From Alphaproteobacteria bacterium (GTDB lineage Bacteria; Pseudomonadota; Alphaproteobacteria; Bin95): DNA of 64,000 nucleotides. This document shows, piece by piece, positions 1 through 10,013 of the stretch (the stretch's first letter is position 1; each line of letters begins with the position of its first letter). The notes beneath the pieces were generated by a model. The model searched no databases. It was given only the letters and a program-made list of their open reading frames with translations, and was not told where the DNA came from. The position numbers were made by a program, and so were the translations under genes. The stretch spans positions 384,804-448,803 of the forward strand of contig OZ219789.1 of NCBI GenBank assembly GCA_964291285.2, given 5' to 3'.

Positions 1-2126
1 TTCGCCTGGCGCTCGACCAGCATGTCGAGGTTGAGCTTCCTCGTGGCGAGGCCTTCGAGAGCCGTCTGGCAGATCGCCCGGAACCGGCCCTCGTCCACAT
101 CCCTCAATATGCGATCTTCGAGATCGGCGTACCCCAGCCTGCCGGCGTAATAGTCCCGCAGCACGCGCTCGACCTGTGCGGCCGGCAGGACTTCTCCGAC
201 CACGTTGAACACGGCGTCGTCGTCCAGCGCGTCGCGGATCTCCTGCAGCTTGGTCATCAGCCGTTCGAGCACACGCCCTTCGATGGTGTTCGTCGCGACG
301 AAGTTGAAGATCAGGCAGTCTTCGCGCTGGCCGTAGCGGTGGATGCGGCCCATGCGCTGTTCGAGGCGGTTGGGGTTCCAGGGGATGTCGTAGTTGAACA
401 GGATGTGGCAGCACTGGAGGTTGATGCCCTCGCCCGCCGCCTCGGTGGCGACGAGGATCTGGATGTTGCCTTCCCGGAACTGCTGTTCGGTGTGCAGGCG
501 GCTGTTCGGCTCGTCCCGGGAACCGGGCTTCATGCCGCCATGGATGCAGCCGACCCGGAAGCCCCAGGCCGTGAGGCGGTCCATGAGGTAGTCGAGCGTG
601 TCCCTGAACTCCGTGAACAGGAGCAGGCGCTGGTCCGGGCGGTCGAAGAACCCCTCCTTCAGCAGGATGTCCTTGAGCCGGGCCAACTTGGCCTCGTTGC
701 CGGCCTGCTCGACCGCTCGCGCGCTTTCCGCAAACTGTTTCAGCTCGGCGATCTCGGCGCGCACCTGTTCGGCGTTGCCGGCCAGGGTGACCGCGTCGAG
801 CAGGGCTTCGAGGCGCTCGCGCTCCGCCTCCTCCATTTCCTCGATCTCTTCCGGGTCAGGGAGGCCGGGCGGCGCCGATTGCGCCATGGTCTGCGCCCGC
901 TTCAACCCTTCTTCCAGGCGTCTCGCCCGATTCTCGAGCGAGCGGCGCATCGCGCAGGTGCTGGAGGCGAGGCGCCTCTGGTAGAGCGCCATCAGGAAGC
1001 CGACGGCACGGGCCCGCGGATCATCCCCATGGTCCGCCGCCTTCCTGCTCTGCCGCTTCACGAAGCGGGTGATCTCCTTGTACAATTCCAGTTCGGCATC
1101 GTCGATCGCGAACCCGACCGTGCGGGGAATGCGCCGGGTGAACACCGGCCGCGCCTGCCATTCGCCGTTCGACTGGCGCTCCGGAAAATAGACCATCGCC
1201 TCCTTGGTGCGCCGCAGGTAGAAGGGCGCCCGGCGCCGGGCCATCGCCTCGCGAATGGACTTGACGTCGGCATAGGCGTCGCGGTCGAGAAGTTGCAGGA
1301 ACCGGGTGAAGTTCTGCGGGTCGCCCTTGTGCGGCGTCGCGGTCAGCAGGAGGATGTGGTCGGCACGGTCGCGGAGCAGTTCACCGAGGGCGTAGCGTGC
1401 GGTCTTCCCGGCCGGCGGCGACCAGGACATGCGGTGCGCCTCGTCGACGATCACCAGATCCCAATGCACCTGGCGCAAACCGGGCAGGATGTCGTTCCGT
1501 TTCGCAAGGTCGAGGGAGGTGAGGACCTGTGGCTGCTCCAGCCACTGGTTGACGCCGAACTGGTCGCGGATATCGCCGCCCTTGAGCACCAGGAACTTCT
1601 CGTCGAACTTCTCCCGCAGTTCCCGCTGCCACTGGAAGGTCAGGTTTGCCGGGCAGACGACGAGAATGCGCTCCGCCAGACCGCGCAGCTTGAGCTCGCG
1701 CACCAGCAGGCCGGCCATGATCGTCTTGCCTGCGCCGGCGTCGTCGGCGAGCAGGAACCGGACGGTCGACAGCTTGAGCAGGTGCTCGTAGACGGCTTCG
1801 AGCTGGTGCGGCAGCGGGTCCACGCGGGAGATCGAAAGGCCGAAATACGGATCGAACTCGTGGGCAATGCCGAGCGCGTGGGCCTTCAGACCGAGCCGGA
1901 GCAGGCGGCCGTCGCCATCGTAGGACATCGCAGAGCCCGAAATTGTGAGGCTGGCGATATCGTCGGTGGTGAGAGCGACACTGCGGAAGCGCTCCGTCCG
2001 CGTTCCGACCAGGCCCGCAACCCAGGAACCGGCGCCGTTCGCACGCACGGTCTCGACCCGCATCGGTTCGCTGAACAGGGCGCCGGTCAGAATCTGTCCG
2101 TCGCGAATGGGGGGCGGGTCGCTCAT
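1..2126 (-). CDS. SNF2-family helicase, runs off the left edge
   Basis: Manual translation from ATG 2126: MSDPPPIRDGQIL...DPLPHQLEAV...LLADDAGAGKTIMAG (motif I)...IVDEAHRM (motif II)...LLLTATPHKG (III)...ATEAAGEGINLQ...WNPNRLEQRMGRIHRYGQ (VI). Absent from the ORF track because it has no stop in the window. Confidence 0.9.
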   Translation of the reverse strand, partial: MSDPPPIRDGQILTGALFSEPMRVETVRANGAGSWVAGLVGTRTERFRSVALTTDDIASLTISGSAMSYDGDGRLLRLGLKAHALGIAHEFDPYFGLSISRVDPLPHQLEAVYEHLLKLSTVRFLLADDAGAGKTIMAGLLVRELKLRGLAERILVVCPANLTFQWQRELREKFDEKFLVLKGGDIRDQFGVNQWLEQPQVLTSLDLAKRNDILPGLRQVHWDLVIVDEAHRMSWSPPAGKTARYALGELLRDRADHILLLTATPHKGDPQNFTRFLQLLDRDAYADVKSIREAMARRRAPFYLRRTKEAMVYFPERQSNGEWQARPVFTRRIPRTVGFAIDDAELELYKEITRFVKRQSRKAADHGDDPRARAVGFLMALYQRRLASSTCAMRRSLENRARRLEEGLKRAQTMAQSAPPGLPDPEEIEEMEEAERERLEALLDAVTLAGNAEQVRAEIAELKQFAESARAVEQAGNEAKLARLKDILLKEGFFDRPDQRLLLFTEFRDTLDYLMDRLTAWGFRVGCIHGGMKPGSRDEPNSRLHTEQQFREGNIQILVATEAAGEGINLQCCHILFNYDIPWNPNRLEQRMGRIHRYGQREDCLIFNFVATNTIEGRVLERLMTKLQEIRDALDDDAVFNVVGEVLPAAQVERVLRDYYAGRLGYADLEDRILRDVDEGRFRAICQTALEGLATRKLNLDMLVERQA

Positions 2127-2134
2127 CGAGACTG

Positions 2135-2584
2135 TCAATCGCCATGACCCGGAAGATGGATTGCGGCGCTCGTCGGCAGACCCAGCGCCTTCCCCGCCGC
2201 GACCATGCGCTTGTCCAGGCTGTGGATTGCTGCCGCCCCGCGGTTGCCCGCAACGGCAAGGTGCAGTGCATCTCCGGCCCTCAGCCCGGTCTCGAAACGG
2301 CCGAGCCAGTCCCTGGCCCGATCGAAGTCGTCACGGTTCGGCAGCACGACGATGAAGGACTCTTCGACCAACGCCTCGAATCGCGTCCCCGCCTTCCGTA
2401 CGCTCGCGGCGTTCAGATGGCCCATGCGCGCCTCACGGGCAAGCAGCGAGGCGAACTCGACCCGCGTCCAATGGCTCACCGCCAGTTCGTCCTGCGGCAA
2501 AACCGCGAAGAACGCCGCGACCGATTCGCTGGCAGCCTCGGGGAGGATGAGGGGAACGAGGAAACTGGTGTCGAAATAGCGCAT
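2135..2584 (-). CDS. vapC: PIN-domain VapC-family toxin
   Basis: MRYFDTSFLV N-terminus, LRAGDALHLAVA, SLDKRM acidic PIN motifs; downstream of a Phd-type antitoxin. Confidence 0.9.
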   Translation of the reverse strand: MRYFDTSFLVPLILPEAASESVAAFFAVLPQDELAVSHWTRVEFASLLAREARMGHLNAASVRKAGTRFEALVEESFIVVLPNRDDFDRARDWLGRFETGLRAGDALHLAVAGNRGAAAIHSLDKRMVAAGKALGLPTSAAIHLPGHGD

Positions 2585-2602
2585 TGGAGCCGACCGCCGA
2601 TC

Positions 2603-2872
<270 letters not shown>

Positions 2873-2944
2873 CACGATAGCAGGTTCGATGCTGTCGGGC
2901 CACCGGTTTAACCCGCGAAAGCGTCGGCGGCGCGCCACATCACA

Positions 2945-3332
2945 TCATGCAAGGCTCTGCACGAGGCCAGGCTGTCGAAGGGAATTTTCTCTGCCCGGCG
3001 ACGGCAAAGAAGCAAACCGGGTACGCCGGTCCTGTTCAGCGATATGCTTGGTGGCCTCGGACACCAGCGCCGAGGCGAACTGTAGAATCTCCTCGATTTC
3101 ATTCTCTCGTCCGTCGGCAATGAGGTCCCGGGCGATGGCCTGAGCGGCGAACAAGGAGGCCCGGCCCCTTGATTTCGGCCCCTGTGCCGGGCCATTCGCG
3201 CCGGTCGAGGGCCTCGATGGCGAGCTCGACGACGAGCCGATTGGGCGAAACCTGCCGCTCCCTGGCCGCCGTTTCGATACGCTTCCATTGGTCTGCGGTG
3301 ACCCGGATGTTCTTCTGGAGTGACGATGTCAT
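2945..3332 (-). pseudogene. Ribbon-helix-helix-like protein split by a frameshift near 3165
   Basis: ORF 3099..3332 (KNIRVTADQWKRIETAARERQVSPNRLVVELAIEAL) reads on naturally in another frame as RASLFAAQAIARDLIADGRENEIEEI (ORF 2945..3154). Confidence 0.55.
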
Positions 3333-3871
3333 GCGATTTTGCCCGTTCTTGCGTATGGATTCGGAGTAAGCGTTCGGTCAAAGGGTGACGATGATGAGGG
3401 TGACAGTGGCAACGACGCATTGCCCCGGGGCTCGTCTGCATTCGCTCAGTGCTGTCATCGCCCCAATCACCTCGTGACCGAACGCTTACGATTCGGGAGA
3501 GTTCCGGTTCTTTCAGATCCCCGGGGCCGCGCCGCCCCCGGTCGTTTGGCGTGGCGGGCCGAACTCGCGGACGAACGCGGCCTCCGGACAGCTGCCGGAC
3601 CGGTAGCTGTCATGGTGCAGCGTATGCGAGGGCGATACCAGACTGGTAGTTTCGCAGGAGCAAGTCCATATCCAGCGGGGGCGGAAGGGGCCGCCATGTC
3701 CGGTGGAGTCCGGCGAGGCGGCGCCCAACCTCCTGATATCGCGCATGTGTTTGCGGCAAACACGGGAGCTACCAATCCGGTGCGACCTTTCCCGGCGTGA
3801 CAGGAGCGGACAGACCTGCGCTCGCCCGCGGCATGGGCGGCCAGCAGCGGACACGGGCAGCCATGGCAACG

Positions 3872-3898
3872 CCTGCATCAAGGATGCGTCGGGTGTGA
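3872..3898 (+). repeat. 27-bp direct repeat copy 1 (CCTGCATCAAGGATGCGTCGGGTGTGA)
   Basis: Identical sequence at 34684..34710; both copies are intergenic. Confidence 0.9.
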
Positions 3899-4698
3899 CG
3901 GTAAAACTCCGAACGGAGTCGAGATCGGGCGAGGTTGCCCTGCACACCACCATCGCCTGAAACGCCGACGTCACAAGGGACGGGAGCCGTCGCGGCGATT
4001 GAGCGAGACGACCGGCCCGCGATCTTCGAGCGCGTTCCGCGTTGTCGTCCGGTCGCAGAGGTAACAGAACGCGGCGCGGCGTGCAAACGGCGGAGGGCAG
4101 TCTTCACACATGGCGCACCGGAGCCGGCGGCGTTACCTCGGCGGCACGGGCGCCGCCGCACATGTTCCGCGGAGCCGAAGGACGCCGCGCACATGTTACC
4201 GCGATACAGGCGTGCTCGACGAAAGCGGGGCTGTTAAGGGTGATTGCGTGCTGCTCACACATTGCCGCAGACGCAGACGGGGATGGCGCACCCGTTACCG
4301 CGGCGTCGGCCGCGCGGGTGCGGTGACGGTTGCGATAGCCGTTGCGATCGGAGGCGCCGACGGCGGCGCCTGCAGGACTGCGGGCAGCGGTGCGAAGCAC
4401 GGTGTCGTGCCGGTCCGGCAGCAGCGCCGGCAGTGGGCGGGTCAGCAGTGCCGGCGGCCCTGCGCCGGGCTCGGCGCAGCCCGCGATGCACCCATGCGAA
4501 GCATGGTGCAGCGGCGGCGGGTCGGGGCGGTGCCCGCAGCCGGCGCAGCCGGCCAGGGCGAGCGGGGCGCGTTCGCCGACGAGCGCGGTGCGCAGTGCCG
4601 GCGCGAGGAGACCGTTGCGGTCCGGCGGGCGGTGTGCGCATACGAAAACGGGCCACGCCGCCGCCGGAGCGACGACATGGCCCGTCGAGGTGCTGCGG

Positions 4699-5517
4699 TC
4701 AGGCGGCGCAGCGCTGCACGGGGATGCCGAGGCTGCGGGCCTTGTCGACGAGGTTGTCGGTGATGCCGGAGCCGGGGAAGGCGATGACGCCCTTCGGCAG
4801 GAGGTTGAGCAGGTCGTCGTTGCGGCGGAAGGGTGCGGCGCGACCGTGGCGGTCCCAGTCGGGCTTGCAGACGACCTGGTGGACGCCGTTGCGCTCTGCC
4901 CAGCTTGCGGCGATCTTCTCGACGCCGGGGCCGCCGCCATGGACGAGGACGAGGTCGGCATACCTGGCGCGGACCTTGTCGAGGCGCTCGATGACGGCCG
5001 CCGGGTTTGCGATGTCCTTTCCGCCTGCGATGGCGACGAGGGTTCCCTGGGGCAGGTGAGCCTGTGTCTTGCGGTCCTTTCGGGCGCGGACGAAGTCGCG
5101 GGCGTCGATGGCTGCGGAGGTCAGATGTCCGGTCTGGCTGGCGTGGCTGCCGCGCCGGGGCCGCCAAGTGTCTCCGGTGTCTGCGCGGTAGGCTTCGGCG
5201 GCCTCGTCGCGCAAGGTCTCGAAGGCGTCGCGGCGTGCGGTGAGGCACTGGGCGCGGTCGGTCGTGAGTTCCAGTTCCAGGGACCTGATCTCGGAGCCGT
5301 CCTGTGTGCGCTGGAGGTCCTGGAGTTCGGGGGTGAGCCTGTCGGCGGCGCGGTCGAGGCGCTGCGTCTGTGCGTGGAGCATGTTGACGAAGCCCCAGAG
5401 GAGGTGTTCGCGTTCGTCGGCCATCTGGTATCCGTCGGGCGCGACGCCCTGGCTGAGGATGCGGAAGGCTTCGGCGACGGCGGTGATGGCCTCGTCCTGG
5501 TCCCAGATCTCCCGGGT
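4699..5517 (-). CDS. DUF2493 / SLOG (YspA-like) domain protein, probably 5'-truncated
   Basis: VAIAGGKD...LVHGGGPGVEKIAASWA...PDWDRHGRAAPFRRND...VIAFPGSGIT SLOG motifs. The frame stays open upstream of ATG 5424 (TREIWDQDEAITAVAEAF) until an abrupt AT-rich junction at about 5518. Confidence 0.8.
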   Translation of the reverse strand, partial: TREIWDQDEAITAVAEAFRILSQGVAPDGYQMADEREHLLWGFVNMLHAQTQRLDRAADRLTPELQDLQRTQDGSEIRSLELELTTDRAQCLTARRDAFETLRDEAAEAYRADTGDTWRPRRGSHASQTGHLTSAAIDARDFVRARKDRKTQAHLPQGTLVAIAGGKDIANPAAVIERLDKVRARYADLVLVHGGGPGVEKIAASWAERNGVHQVVCKPDWDRHGRAAPFRRNDDLLNLLPKGVIAFPGSGITDNLVDKARSLGIPVQRCAA

Positions 5518-5827
5518 GTAAATCTCAAATGAGATTTTTCACGTTAGGGCACTATCTGACGAAAGGTCGCATTCCTCCCATGAGGGGGCCTGAATACTGG
5601 ATATTTCCGGGCATGACAAGAGGCAATGGCAGGAAACCGGATTGACCTACGAGGAAGCCGTAAAGGCGATAATGGCACTGGGGGAAGTGAACAAGGACAA
5701 TGCGTTGTGCTCAGGGGGTCATGGAGGATAGCTCCATGCATGGATAGTCTCCTGATGCGAAGACAGTCAGGATCATAGCGGTGATGCACCGAATCACCTC
5801 TTGAGCTCGACTTTGTACAAAATTACC

Positions 5828-6115
5828 TCACGTCCATGTCCAGAAGATCTCGTTTTTGGCGATTTCGTCGAGGGCCTGTTCGAGCGGGAGCACGATGCCC
5901 CCCATGTCTCCGACGTCCTGCCAGGACTGGCGCCAGGACCAGTAGCGCACCCTCATCTTGTCACCTGAGCCTTTCGGCTGGAGCCTTGCGATCGGTGCCT
6001 GCGTGGCCGTGAGATACAGATTGTAGCCGCCGCGCACCCTGGTGACCGTCACGCCCCCGCCCCTGGATTTGTTGAACGCTTCGATGCGCGCCAGACAGGG
6101 GTCGGATGCGGCCAT
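5828..6115 (-). CDS. Hypothetical 95-aa passenger protein inside the IS
   Basis: ATG 6115, MAASDPCLARIEAFNK...IARLQPKG...YWSWRQSWQDVG...EIFWTWT; lies between the left IR and the transposase. Confidence 0.65.
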   Translation of the reverse strand: MAASDPCLARIEAFNKSRGGGVTVTRVRGGYNLYLTATQAPIARLQPKGSGDKMRVRYWSWRQSWQDVGDMGGIVLPLEQALDEIAKNEIFWTWT

Positions 6116-6200
6116 GAAGCAGTGATATCGGATTGGATGGCTTCTGTCGCTGCAGCGATGCTGATTCACCCGGTCGCATGCGGGCGCCCTTGCATGCCGG

Positions 6201-7607
6201 ATGCTTCTGGATTCGAAGGTCGTCATGACACATTTCGACGACCCTTCGAGCGCCATCGGCGATCCGGTTCCGCCGTTCCTGATCGACTGGCTGGAGCCCT
6301 TTCGAGGCGCCTTCTCATCCCCGACCTGGCGGCTGGTGGCGGTTCTGGTCATGGGAGCGTTGCTGGCGCCGGGCAAGAGAACCGTGTCGGCCTGCCTGCG
6401 GGTGACCGGGCGGGCGATGTGCGAGACATTCTCGTCCTACCATCAGGTTCTCAATCGCGCCCGCTGGGACCCGCGTGACCTTTCACGCCGGCTCGTGCTC
6501 GTGCTGGTGGCGCGGCTTGCCGGGCAGGGACCGATCATCATCGGGCTCGATGACACCATCGAGCGCCGCTGGGGCGCGCGTATCAAGGCGCGCGGCATCT
6601 ATCGCGACCCGGTGCGTTCCAGCCATGGCCATTTCGTCAAGACCAGCGGGCTGCGCTGGCTCAGCTTCATGCTGCTTGTCCCGCTGCCCTGGTCGCCGGG
6701 CATCAGGGCCCTGCCCTTCCTGACCATCCTGGCCCCGTCCGAACGCTTCGCCGCCAGGCAAGGCCGGCGTCACAAGCAACTCACCGACTGGGCGCGACAG
6801 GGCATGCTTCAAATCCTTCGCTGGGTCCCGCAACGCGCGATCGTCTTCGTCGCCGACAGCAGTTTCGGAACCCACGAACTCGCCTGGCGCATCGGACAGC
6901 GCGCAACCCTCATCAGCAGGCTGAGGCTCGATGCCAACCTCTTCGCGCCCCCGCCGCCGCGCGACCCGAACAAACGCGGTCGACCCCGGCAAAAGGGGCC
7001 GCCCCTGCCCAAGCTCCAGACCCGCCTTGACGACCCCGATGCCCGCTGGACAAGCATCACGCTTCCGCGCTGGTACGGAAGTTCGAAGGAAAAGACACTC
7101 CAGATCATCTCCGATACCGCGCTCTGGTATCGTCCCGGCACACCTCCCAAGGCCATCCGATGGGTGCTGGTGCGAGACCCGGAAGGCGAGCGGGACCCGC
7201 AGGCGTTCTTCTGCACCGACACCAACATGGAGCCGGCCAAGATCATCGCCACCTTCGTGCGGCGCTGGCAGGTCGAGGTCACCTTCCAGGAACTGCGCGC
7301 CCATCTCGGGCTCGAAACACAACGCCAGTGGTCACACGCGGCGATCGCACGAACCACCCCCGTCCTCTGCGGGCTCTACAGCCTCGTCTGCCTCTGGGCC
7401 ACAGACGTGCTCTCGACAAACCACCTGTCCTACGCCGCCGCCTGGTACCAGAAAACCAGCGTCACATTCTCCGATGCAATCGCGGCCATACGATGCCAAC
7501 TCTGGCTTGGAAACAATTTATCGCGCTCCCCGCCACACCGGGAACCAAACATAATTCCGCCCGACAAGATAAGGCGGATGCAGTACGCCCTCTGCTTCGC
7601 AGCATAA
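6201..7607 (+). CDS. IS701-family DDE transposase
   Basis: IGLDDTIERRWG, VADSSFG, RRWQVEVTFQE motifs; stop codon abuts the right IR. Confidence 0.9.
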   Translation: MLLDSKVVMTHFDDPSSAIGDPVPPFLIDWLEPFRGAFSSPTWRLVAVLVMGALLAPGKRTVSACLRVTGRAMCETFSSYHQVLNRARWDPRDLSRRLVLVLVARLAGQGPIIIGLDDTIERRWGARIKARGIYRDPVRSSHGHFVKTSGLRWLSFMLLVPLPWSPGIRALPFLTILAPSERFAARQGRRHKQLTDWARQGMLQILRWVPQRAIVFVADSSFGTHELAWRIGQRATLISRLRLDANLFAPPPPRDPNKRGRPRQKGPPLPKLQTRLDDPDARWTSITLPRWYGSSKEKTLQIISDTALWYRPGTPPKAIRWVLVRDPEGERDPQAFFCTDTNMEPAKIIATFVRRWQVEVTFQELRAHLGLETQRQWSHAAIARTTPVLCGLYSLVCLWATDVLSTNHLSYAAAWYQKTSVTFSDAIAAIRCQLWLGNNLSRSPPHREPNIIPPDKIRRMQYALCFAA

Positions 7608-8298
7608 TGCACAAAGTCGAGTTGAGAGGATGAATACCATAATTGATACAGGAGAAACGCAAGCATGTTGGCCGATGGAAATCGGAATGGTGACGGCTGC
7701 GGCGGTTGCGGGAGCGTCGTCATGAGCCGGCCGCCGGGCGGCGCAGCGCGCGGTGATGGCGCCCGGCGGGAAACGGGCGCGCATCGGCGAGCGCGCAGGC
7801 GGTCCGGCATGATGGTCTTCCGCTACATCGCGCACCGGCTCGCCGGCCCGGTGGAGGCGCCGGGGCGGCGGGTCCGTCAACGAACCTTCTGCTCCGGGTG
7901 CTGCGGGAGGCGGCGGTCCTGTCGCGGATCGAGCGGCGGCGGATGGCGAACCGGGAGAGCGGGGACGAGACCCGGGGGAGGGCGGCGCATTTGTCGATGC
8001 GCCGCTGGCGGCGGCGGGCCTGGAGTGGGGAAGACGCGGCAGCGGACGCTCCATTGCGTTCCATTGCACGCCGGTGGAGAAAGCCGCGCCTGCCGGTCGT
8101 CGATGGGCGCCGCGGGCCCGGTTTGCGGGGGCCCGTCGGCGGCTGACTGTGGCATGGATGCAACAGGTCGGTAAAATCGGCGTTCGGGTTGGTCCGGGAG
8201 GTTGTGCGGTGTCGTGCGGCCGGGTTAGAGGTTCCGGGCCATCTCAGCGGCGGGTGTATCCGGACTTGACTTCAGCGGCTCGAACACGGTGTAGAATA

Positions 8299-8479
8299 CG
8301 CCTCGCGCCTCGCGCCTCGCGCCTCGCGCCTCGCGCCTCGCGCCTCGCGCCTCGCGCCTCGCGCCTCGCGCCTCGCGCCTCGCGCCTCGCGCCTCGCGCC
8401 TCGCGCCTCGCGCCTCGCGCCTCGCGCCTCGCGCCTCGCGCCTCGCGCCTCGCGCCTCGCGCCTCGCGCCTCGCGCCTC
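8299..8479 (+). repeat. Perfect heptamer tandem repeat (CGCCTCG)25 plus a 6-nt partial unit
   Basis: Directly visible; non-coding; about 350 bp upstream of the porin ATG. Confidence 0.98.
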
Positions 8480-8830
8480 TTCATGTCTTTCATATGCCGT
8501 CTTCTGGCGCCGGTCTGCCGGTTCGCCATCGGGAGAGCGGCTCCCGCCTGATTGTTGTCTTTCCCGCCCGTGCGTCCTCTGCGGAGGAGCGCCGGGCGCG
8601 TGCAGATGGACAGGTTGCCGGGCAGCGCGCGGGAGCGCGCCCGCCGCGCTTGCGGCATGACCGCCTTGCGGGCGGCCTGGCTTTCCCCGTCACGCTTTCT
8701 GCCGCGGCCTTTCCGGGGCCGCGGCTTCACCTCCCGTCCCCGGTGACCTGCCGCCCCGTCGTGCGCCTTCTCCGGCGTGCGGCGGTCGACGGGCGCTGCG
8801 GACGGGCTTTCACCTGAAGGAGACGAGACG

Positions 8831-9931
8831 ATGACGACAAGACATGGCCCGGCATGGCCGGGGGACGGCAGGCTGCATGGCGGATGCCGGGCGCGGGGTT
8901 TCACGGGCAAGGTTCTTCTTGCGGCCTCGGGTCTTGCGCTTGCGGCGGGTCCCGCGTCTGCGGCGGACATGCTGAGCGTGGGCGTCGGCGGCTACATGCA
9001 GCAGTGGTTCGGGATGGTCGATGTGGACGACGAGGCGGACGCGACGGTCGAGGGCGGCGTTGCCCAGCAGTCGGACAGCGAGATCTTCTTCAAGGGCAAG
9101 CTGGAAGCCGACAACGGCATGACCTTCTTGGTGAAGGTGGAGCTCGAGGGCAACAGTTCGGACAAGATGATTGACGAGTCGCAGGTGACGGTTGGCGGCG
9201 AGTTCGGTCAGATCACGCTGGGAGCCGAGGACAGCGCGGTGGTTCTCACCCACATGGGCGTGCGGGATGCCGGTTTCGGCATGAACTGCGGCGACATGGG
9301 CAGATGGATCAAGGGCATCGACGAGTGCAGCGTGAAGGGCTTGGGGACCGCGGGCCACGGCCTCGGCGACAAGAACCTGGTGAGCTACTTCACGCCGCGG
9401 GTGAACGGCGCGCAGATGGGCGTGAGCTACATCCCGAACACGAAGCAGGAAGGCCGTGGCGGCAATGTGATGAACAATGACGACGACGCCTGGTCGGTCG
9501 GCGGCAACTACAAGGGCGATTTCGGCAACATGAACCTGGCGTTCTCTGCGGGCCACTACCAGAAGAGCCAGATGGACGCCGACGACATGACCTACACGAA
9601 TGCCGGCCTGCGGGTGGGCATGGGGGCGTTCAGCTTCGATGTCGCCTACGCCACGGCGGACGACGGCATGAAGGCGGACGGTCCCGAGGATGTCGAGGTC
9701 GTGGCCGCCGGGGTGATGTATTCGGAAGGCGCGATGGCGGTGAGCCTGAGCGGCACGATGACCGAGGCCGACGACGGCACGGAGCAGTCGGGCGGCCTGC
9801 TTTCGGCGGGCTACACGCTGGCGCCGGGCATTGCCTGGAGAAGCTCGCTGTTCATGGCCGAGAAGGACCGGGCGGACGGCAGCAATGTCGAGGGCGCCGG
9901 GTTCGTGACCGGCATCACGCTGAACTTCTGA
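8831..9931 (+). CDS. Gram-negative (alphaproteobacterial-type) porin
   Basis: GAAGGAG RBS before ATG 8831; signal peptide ending ASA-A; SEIFFKGK...IDESQVTVGGEFGQITLG...SYFTPRVNG; C-terminal ITLNF. Confidence 0.9.
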   Translation: MTTRHGPAWPGDGRLHGGCRARGFTGKVLLAASGLALAAGPASAADMLSVGVGGYMQQWFGMVDVDDEADATVEGGVAQQSDSEIFFKGKLEADNGMTFLVKVELEGNSSDKMIDESQVTVGGEFGQITLGAEDSAVVLTHMGVRDAGFGMNCGDMGRWIKGIDECSVKGLGTAGHGLGDKNLVSYFTPRVNGAQMGVSYIPNTKQEGRGGNVMNNDDDAWSVGGNYKGDFGNMNLAFSAGHYQKSQMDADDMTYTNAGLRVGMGAFSFDVAYATADDGMKADGPEDVEVVAAGVMYSEGAMAVSLSGTMTEADDGTEQSGGLLSAGYTLAPGIAWRSSLFMAEKDRADGSNVEGAGFVTGITLNF

Positions 9932-10013
9932 GCGGCGTTTCGCGCGGCGAAGGAACGGTTCAAACGGTTTGCCCGGTCTGTCCGGGCTTGAGAGAAGGAA
10001 GGAGAAGGGTTCG

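Larger units (their letters stand above)
5806..7621 (+). mobile_element. IS701-family element with passenger gene
   Basis: 14-bp IRs CTCGACTTTGTACA (5806-5819) and TGCACAAAGTCGAG (7608-7621), one mismatch; flanking 5-bp direct repeat TTGAG at 5801-5805 and 7622-7626. Confidence 0.88.

Noticed and set aside
339-2147. 602-aa plus-strand ORF
   Set aside because: Antisense shadow of the SNF2 helicase, which carries all the motifs on the minus strand.
8266-8297. TTGACT...TAGAAT sigma70 promoter
   Set aside because: The 20-bp spacer is too long to call it as a feature; mentioned only as context.
8299-8479. Possible CRISPR array
   Set aside because: No spacers and no cas genes; it is a simple tandem repeat.
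8074-8970. ORFs with LAPRASR / ARREARG repeats
   Set aside because: Translations of the heptamer repeat; no RBS or protein-like content.
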